Shown: positions 42,843-48,203 of the stretch, one piece after another | How positions within the stretch are numbered: position 1 is the first letter of the stretch | Layout: every line of letters starts with the position of its first letter | Origin: a virus | Virus record (IMG/VR): IMGVR_UViG_3300037424_001030 | Coordinates: 1-48,203 of that record | DNA length: 48,203 nt | Direction: 5' to 3' (one strand) | The notes under the pieces: model-generated | Databases searched by the model: none | What the model saw: only the letters and a program-made list of their open reading frames with translations | What the model was told of the DNA's origin: nothing | Translations under genes and position numbers: made by a program

Positions 42843-43318
42843 CACCTAGAAAGCAAACATTTAAGCACGATCCAGTAAACGGGGTATTTGGAGATTGTGC
42901 AAGAACCTGTATAGCAGCAATGATGGATAGGGAACAAGATGAGGTCCCCCATTTCCTTTGGGACAACCCATCAGGAGAAATATTCAATCGCAGGCTGGAT
43001 ACCTTCCTGGCATTGAATGGATTGGCCAGATTTATTGTGACGTTTCCCGGAAATTTAACTGCCTCACAGATTCTGGAATACTTGCAAGCAATGAATCCTG
43101 GAATTTACGTCAGCGTAACAGGTCAATCTTCCTTGGGGTGCAATCATGTCGTCGTGACAGTGGACGGTGAAATTGTGCTGGACCCATCGGGCAACGGATT
43201 GGTTGGTCCATGTGACGATGGTCTCTGGTATATTGAAGTATATGTGCCATTGGCCATGACGAAGAAAGTTGCCGCAGAGACAGATAGCATTTGGCTTGAG
43301 CGACAATTCAAGAATTAA
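42839..43318 (+). CDS. Papain-fold Cys-His-Asp peptidase (C39-like or NlpC/P60-like), 159 aa
   Basis: FGDCARTCIAAMM (nucleophile Cys) and NHVVVTVDGEIVLDPSG (His, with Asp 12 residues later). Confidence 0.5.
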   Translation: MTPRKQTFKHDPVNGVFGDCARTCIAAMMDREQDEVPHFLWDNPSGEIFNRRLDTFLALNGLARFIVTFPGNLTASQILEYLQAMNPGIYVSVTGQSSLGCNHVVVTVDGEIVLDPSGNGLVGPCDDGLWYIEVYVPLAMTKKVAAETDSIWLERQFKN

Positions 43319-43328
43319 CCATCGAATA

Positions 43329-43369
43329 AAAAAGAAGCCCCACTCCAGGAAACTGGGTGGGGCTTTTTA
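43329..43369. terminator. Bidirectional rho-independent terminator at the convergence of both arms
   Basis: AAAAAAG-AAGCCCCAC(T)CCAG-GAAA-CTGGGTGGGGCTT-TTTAA. The stem is 13 bp with one bulge and a GAAA loop. An A-tract lies upstream and a T-tract downstream. Confidence 0.8.
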
Positions 43370-43410
43370 ATGCCTATCGCTAGGCGCTCTGATTGCCGCA
43401 GAGATTCAAT

Positions 43411-46400
43411 TCAATTATCCAAGGTATCCGTCGGAATCAATTCCTCGGGGGTAGGAATCTTCTCCTCGGTAGGGGCCCCAAGCATATATTGCAATTGCCT
43501 GGACTGATCGTCGTTCTTCAGTTGCTTCAACAATCGATCAGTGGACATGATGTTTGCATTCGATGCTTGCCCTTTCACAAATTGACCAAAGCCTTTGGAA
43601 GTTCCCCCCGCCTTCATATAGCTTTCCATGAAGTCATTTACATCATTGGGATTCAATTGTCCATTCCCCAGCAACTGGGAACTAACAACTTTTCCAAGTT
43701 CCTGCTTCTTCTCCCTGTCCGCCAGCATATAACCATTCCAGCGGTACACAGTGTCAAGCATCACAGCTTCATCCAGCGGTTTTGCCCCGGTGATTCGCAT
43801 GAAGTTTGCCAAATTGAAGGGCAACCAATTGTTCTCATTGTGCATCTTCTGGTCATTCAAATCAATCGCCAACTTGTTGTTGGAAGTAGTTGAGTAACCG
43901 GATAACATCACCCCAAGTTGTTGGGCCGGTCGAGAAAACACATTGTGCTGCACAGCATGATTGAACAGTTGAGAAAGATCAGCCCCCTGGGTAGCCTGAG
44001 AAAACACATCTTTGATCTGTGATAGTTGATTGTACCAGATATTGACCGCCGGAATATCAGTGAGGGAGGTTGGGAATCGAGGAGTTGCATTACCACGAGA
44101 ACTCAAGTTCAATCCAAGCAATGCAGATGGAACCCCATAGGTCAGTGCGTTAGCCACATTCCTATCCATGCTTCCATACACAGTTGAATACAAATCTTGA
44201 TTGTCCGCATTGGAATCTGCAACAAGACTGGAATTCAGTGCATCGAAGAAAGGCAAGCTCCTTCCGCCAAAGATGGAAGTTTGCAGGATACCAGCTTCAA
44301 CTGCCATTCGCTTGGAGCCATCGGTAATCACATCGGACAAACGATGGACTAATCGAGCCTGGTAGGATTGAAACAATCCCAGCGCAGAACCTGTGACGCC
44401 CTGAAAGATTTGCGGTTTTGCAGAGGCATTGAAATTACCTTGAAGCTTACTCACCATCGTATGAGCCAGCAGCATTGTCTGCTTGGCACTTAGATTGGCA
44501 GCTTCCCCAATCTGCAATGCTGCATCCGCTGCGATGAATTGAACTTTAGATTCAATGAAATCAGTGGGTTTTGTAAGTACCGACAGAAACCCTTTGATCT
44601 TATCGGCAATTACACTTGCCTTAGTTTCCCCACCTTTCAATGCAGTTACAGTAGCTTCCGTCAAATCCATTGCAGCAACATCTGCCGGATTGAATGTGAC
44701 ATTGTTTCGCAGGAAGAACTGAGCAAGAGTTTCATCCCCTTGGGCCATGCTTCCGAACACCGGATTGTCTTTAGTCAACTGAGATGCGCGACTGATAGAT
44801 TGCTTGGCCATCTTCACATAAGTCGCAGGCATGTACCCAAGTTTTCCTTCCTTCTGGTACAAAACCTTTTTCAAATTACTTACATCCCCAAGCCGACCTT
44901 CCTTGGTCAATTGCGCCATCGTCGATCGCAACGCCAATTCCACAGTGGAACTTCCGATGATTGGCATACCAATGATGTTGACCATGGAGTTGATAGCATC
45001 CAACCGCAGTTGGCCCATGACCAATGCCATGTTGCTCATGCGAATGAAGTTGGCATACCCGGGGGAGTTGTAGTTCTTTACCCCCAAGGATTTGACAATG
45101 TCCTCAGTGATCAATTTCTCAGCCCCCATGTTGTCCAACCAGCGAGTCATCGCTTGGGTTGCGGGAGACTTGGTCAAATCCAGATCAGCAGACTTCACAT
45201 TGTCGAAGAAATCTCGAACGCTAGTGAAGAATCCAGCACCAAAATCATCGACTGATTTGGTGACAGCATTGATGATGCCGGGGTTCTGAGTGTTGAACAA
45301 AGTATTCATCAAACCTTCGGCCTTAGTGACTTTGCTGGCTTCACCTCGGAGCAGTGCTGCCAACTTGGTAGGACTTCCTTTGTGGGAATTCAACAGTCTA
45401 CGCTCATGCAGATCGATGTTCTTCAATGCAGCGATGACTTCATATTCTTTCGTGGCAATAATGTTTTTGTACAGAGCTGATTCATCCCGCAGGTGCCAAT
45501 CGAGATAGCGAGTTGCAGTATCTTCCAAACTCTCCGCAGCCCCCACATAGGAAGTCAACTTACCCTGCGTCTGCATTGCATCTTTGATGCCGTTGTTCTG
45601 GAATGTCAGTGCTGAATCATATTCATCAATCAGTTTGTAGAACTCCTGGGTCTGTCCTTTGGTGTAAGTCTTCAATCCCTGGGACGATGCCCATGCCTCA
45701 GCCTTCCTCAAATCTTCCACAGTCTTTGCCGCAAAGACTTCTGTCTGCCCAGCATAGAATGGGTTCTGATGTAGTGGATCGCCCTTGATAACCAGCACAT
45801 GCTGGGCATTCCGCAAGTTGATGCTTGGGTCATACATAGTGAATGCGCCATCAGTCATTTCAGGAACAATGACTGATTGCCCATGCAGGGTTTTCAACTT
45901 GTTCTTGGCAGTCAGCGCACGGTAATCCGCCATCGAATGCGAATTCAAGAATGAATTGACAGAGTTGGTGCGGACAGGAAAGATCGAACCGCGTTCACCG
46001 ACTTTTAATGCGCCAGCACCAGATTGCATGTAGCGTTCGAGAATTGCAGTGGCTGGAAGTTGTGCGATTTGATCGGATGGAATTCCAGCCTCGATCATTT
46101 CATCCACAAGCTTTTTCTTGGTCTCGGCGAAGTTATTCGCCTGCATGAGAACAATTCCATTATCAGTGCGAACTGCAATAGAATGCCCCCCAGAGCCACT
46201 GCTTCCGGAGTATTTCCGTGCCTGCTTATTCCAGGCATTCATAAGCACGAATTCAGTGTGATCTGCACTGCCAATACCCGCGGCCTTAATTTGCTCGATT
46301 GCAGTTTTGATCGGCATCACACGATTCTCAACTGCTTTCTGGCTGATCTTGGAATACACCTTGGAGTTCGCATCCAGGGACATTTCGAACTGGCGGCCGA

Positions 46401-48203
46401 ACTTGGCATCGCGGTACGAGAATGCACCGGATGCAAAATCTTCCGTATACCGATCAAGAATAACATTGGGGATTGCTGCCAGCTCAGGATTTACCGAACT
46501 GACAATAGCATTCATCTGAGTCTGAGCCAGTTGAATCTTTTTGGCAATCTCAGTCTTACCTTCAATTTCAAATTTGTTGATATTCCGCGACCGGTTGTAG
46601 GTCATTGCAATATACCTGGGTTGCTGAGCAGCAGAATCCAGGACAGTGGTGAACCCTTTGGCATTATTGTAATCAAACAGAGTTTCCTCTGGAACCATAA
46701 GAGCAGAGGAAATCTGCTCAGTGTTCTTCCCATCTTTTGCCATCTGCTCGGCCAATTCAATCTTGCGATTTCGAACAATATTGGCTGCTTCATCGACAGT
46801 CAAATCTTTTCCCAAATACCGGATAGTGGAATTCCTTGGAGCATTGGCAACCAGGATATCCAGTCCGGGCAAATTGCTGGCTTCCTTCAACCGTTTCATA
46901 TTGAAGTTGTCAATCTCACGCTTGTACAAGGCGGAGTTTTCAACAGGAGAGCGGAATGCTGCAACATCCACCACATCATCTGCGGTTTCCGGAAGCATGT
47001 CGGAAATAATCCGATTGTATTCTTTCTTAGGCAAATCCCATGCTGTGGCTTTGCTGGCTTTATTCACAACTTTACCATCGACAATATCCAGCAAGGCAGT
47101 GTGAGTCGAGCGTGGCTGCAGTGCAATTCCATTCTTGTCAAACTTGCGCACCATACGAACGCTGCTGCCAACAATGGCCGAGTCATATCCACCTGCGATC
47201 AGGGCATCTTCCAGATCGGAAGTAGACAATTTCTTGGCAGGATCGAGGCCAAGTTTATTCATCAATTCGGATTCATCGGCAGCACGTAGTGGGGCTTTAA
47301 CTTTCACCATGCGCGAGGCTGCCCCAGGAATTTCATCCAAGGTGAAATTGATTGTATCTTTCACGTCCCTCTGGAACAGCTTCAGGGAATTGAACGTGGT
47401 GATATCATTGATTTCATCCATGTTCAACCGACGACCTTTGGTGGCAGCCGCAAGAATGCTGGCTCCTTCATCCAGCGATTTCTTGGGATCGAGCAATTGT
47501 TTCGCAATCGCATTCACATCAACAATATCATCCACTTCGCCAAACAATTTCTGCACTGATTCAACAACTTTGGATCGGGCAGTGGTCATTGCCTCGTCAC
47601 GCCACCGAGTGAATGTTTCCATTTCAGTGCGCATGAGATTTGCATTGTCGGCTGACAGAACTCCAGAATCCAACAGAGATTTCAATTCAGTCGTGCGACT
47701 CTGGAAATCCTTCACATCTTTCAGGCGAAACATTGCCTCATCGCCGGCTGAAATTGTATATAGTTTTCCAGCACCAGAATCAACCTTGGAGCCTTGTTGC
47801 ACCAAATCGCCCATCAAATTGAACGGAGCGAATGCAGCTTTCTTGACTTCCGAGAATTGTTCAGCATAGGCTTTCACACCTTTCTTGTAACCGAAGATAC
47901 CCACCCCTTTTCCAGCCACATCAAATACTGCGCCAACTGGAGCACCAAAGATTATGGAGTCAAACAAAATATCTTTGGTCAACTCACCAAAAGTTTTGTC
48001 TTCCAGATAAGCAGATTCATGCAACGCGATTGTCGCAGCAGTATTGAATGCCAAAGCATCGACCACACCCTGGCCTGCCCCCGCAGCATAAACCTTGAAT
48101 GCTTGCGAGTTCATGTAGCTGAATGGGCTACCTCCTGCAATTTCTTGCTTTGCGGTTGCCAACGCACGAGGGCCAATGGACTCAAACCGGCCAATAGCGC
48201 GAG
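43411..48203 (-). CDS. 3' part of giant 1732-aa virion/ejection (internal core-like) protein gene
   Basis: Track ORF of 1583 aa. Its first codon is TTG, which becomes an internal Leu once the genome is circularised. No catalytic motif was recognised. It lies directly downstream of the transglycosylase protein, as podovirus core/ejection proteins do. The function is inferred from position only. Confidence 0.75.
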   Translation of the reverse strand, partial: RAIGRFESIGPRALATAKQEIAGGSPFSYMNSQAFKVYAAGAGQGVVDALAFNTAATIALHESAYLEDKTFGELTKDILFDSIIFGAPVGAVFDVAGKGVGIFGYKKGVKAYAEQFSEVKKAAFAPFNLMGDLVQQGSKVDSGAGKLYTISAGDEAMFRLKDVKDFQSRTTELKSLLDSGVLSADNANLMRTEMETFTRWRDEAMTTARSKVVESVQKLFGEVDDIVDVNAIAKQLLDPKKSLDEGASILAAATKGRRLNMDEINDITTFNSLKLFQRDVKDTINFTLDEIPGAASRMVKVKAPLRAADESELMNKLGLDPAKKLSTSDLEDALIAGGYDSAIVGSSVRMVRKFDKNGIALQPRSTHTALLDIVDGKVVNKASKATAWDLPKKEYNRIISDMLPETADDVVDVAAFRSPVENSALYKREIDNFNMKRLKEASNLPGLDILVANAPRNSTIRYLGKDLTVDEAANIVRNRKIELAEQMAKDGKNTEQISSALMVPEETLFDYNNAKGFTTVLDSAAQQPRYIAMTYNRSRNINKFEIEGKTEIAKKIQLAQTQMNAIVSSVNPELAAIPNVILDRYTEDFASGAFSYRDAKFGRQFEMSLDANSKVYSKISQKAVENRVMPIKTAIEQIKAAGIGSADHTEFVLMNAWNKQARKYSGSSGSGGHSIAVRTDNGIVLMQANNFAETKKKLVDEMIEAGIPSDQIAQLPATAILERYMQSGAGALKVGERGSIFPVRTNSVNSFLNSHSMADYRALTAKNKLKTLHGQSVIVPEMTDGAFTMYDPSINLRNAQHVLVIKGDPLHQNPFYAGQTEVFAAKTVEDLRKAEAWASSQGLKTYTKGQTQEFYKLIDEYDSALTFQNNGIKDAMQTQGKLTSYVGAAESLEDTATRYLDWHLRDESALYKNIIATKEYEVIAALKNIDLHERRLLNSHKGSPTKLAALLRGEASKVTKAEGLMNTLFNTQNPGIINAVTKSVDDFGAGFFTSVRDFFDNVKSADLDLTKSPATQAMTRWLDNMGAEKLITEDIVKSLGVKNYNSPGYANFIRMSNMALVMGQLRLDAINSMVNIIGMPIIGSSTVELALRSTMAQLTKEGRLGDVSNLKKVLYQKEGKLGYMPATYVKMAKQSISRASQLTKDNPVFGSMAQGDETLAQFFLRNNVTFNPADVAAMDLTEATVTALKGGETKASVIADKIKGFLSVLTKPTDFIESKVQFIAADAALQIGEAANLSAKQTMLLAHTMVSKLQGNFNASAKPQIFQGVTGSALGLFQSYQARLVHRLSDVITDGSKRMAVEAGILQTSIFGGRSLPFFDALNSSLVADSNADNQDLYSTVYGSMDRNVANALTYGVPSALLGLNLSSRGNATPRFPTSLTDIPAVNIWYNQLSQIKDVFSQATQGADLSQLFNHAVQHNVFSRPAQQLGVMLSGYSTTSNNKLAIDLNDQKMHNENNWLPFNLANFMRITGAKPLDEAVMLDTVYRWNGYMLADREKKQELGKVVSSQLLGNGQLNPNDVNDFMESYMKAGGTSKGFGQFVKGQASNANIMSTDRLLKQLKNDDQSRQLQYMLGAPTEEKIPTPEELIPTDTLDN
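48077..48203. repeat. Right copy of exact 127-bp end overlap (identical to 1..127)
   Basis: Same as above. The overlap implies a circular or circularly permuted assembly with 48,076 unique bp. Confidence 0.95.

Noticed and set aside
46024-47289. 421-aa plus-strand ORF (with 44539..45255 and 47135..47869) antisense to the giant gene
   Set aside because: The 421-aa ORF is in phase with the sense gene. All three have antisense-type composition (rich in C/H/F/I), no start context, and lie on the wrong strand for the arm.
43411-48203. Giant protein as a virion RNA polymerase (N4 or crAss-like)
   Set aside because: No DxDGD or other polymerase-like acidic motif was seen on reading the whole translation. 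Host-type promoters are present. Only a structure search could fully exclude it.
1-48203. Prophage or temperate lifestyle, mobile elements
   Set aside because: No integrase, recombinase, excisionase, CI/Cro-like repressor pair, transposase or att-like flanking repeats were recognised.

Overview
This window is one complete genome of a virulent, tailed dsDNA phage. Bases 1-127 are an exact copy of 48077-48203, so the contig closes on itself with a unique length of 48,076 bp. The genome is gene-dense and has two arms. They diverge from an AT-rich control region of about 590 bp (22014-22601) and converge on a bidirectional terminator (43329-43369). The minus arm runs from 21935 down through base 1 and wraps to 43411 (about 26.6 kb). 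In order it encodes a lipoprotein, small and large terminase, portal, scaffold and major capsid protein. Head-tail and tail proteins follow, then a block of unusually Cys-rich fibre and Ig-like proteins with a beta-helix tailspike. Next come a holin, a signal-anchored M15 endolysin and embedded spanins. The arm ends with ejection or internal-virion proteins: a lytic-transglycosylase protein and a giant protein. That giant protein is really 1732 aa, because it spans the window junction. The plus arm (22376-43318, about 21 kb) starts with small early ORFans. It then encodes an SF1 helicase, a strongly expressed unknown 257-aa protein in its own promoter-terminator cassette, and a NADAR-family protein. 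These are followed by two nucleotide pyrophosphohydrolase-like proteins, a DEDDh exonuclease, a Cas4-like nuclease, a Sak4-like ATPase and a DUF669-like putative SSB. The arm finishes with a family A DNA polymerase, a DUF3987-like protein and a papain-fold peptidase. I recognised no tail tube, sheath, tape measure, integrase, repressor, RNA polymerase, primase, tRNA, CRISPR array or mobile element. The inference is a podovirus-like lytic phage of a diderm host that uses host RNA polymerase, since sigma70-like promoters are visible. All functional calls come from motif recognition by eye on the supplied translations. No database search, structure prediction or statistics were run. Several track ORF starts were moved to internal ATGs where an SD sequence or a stop/start overlap supports it.
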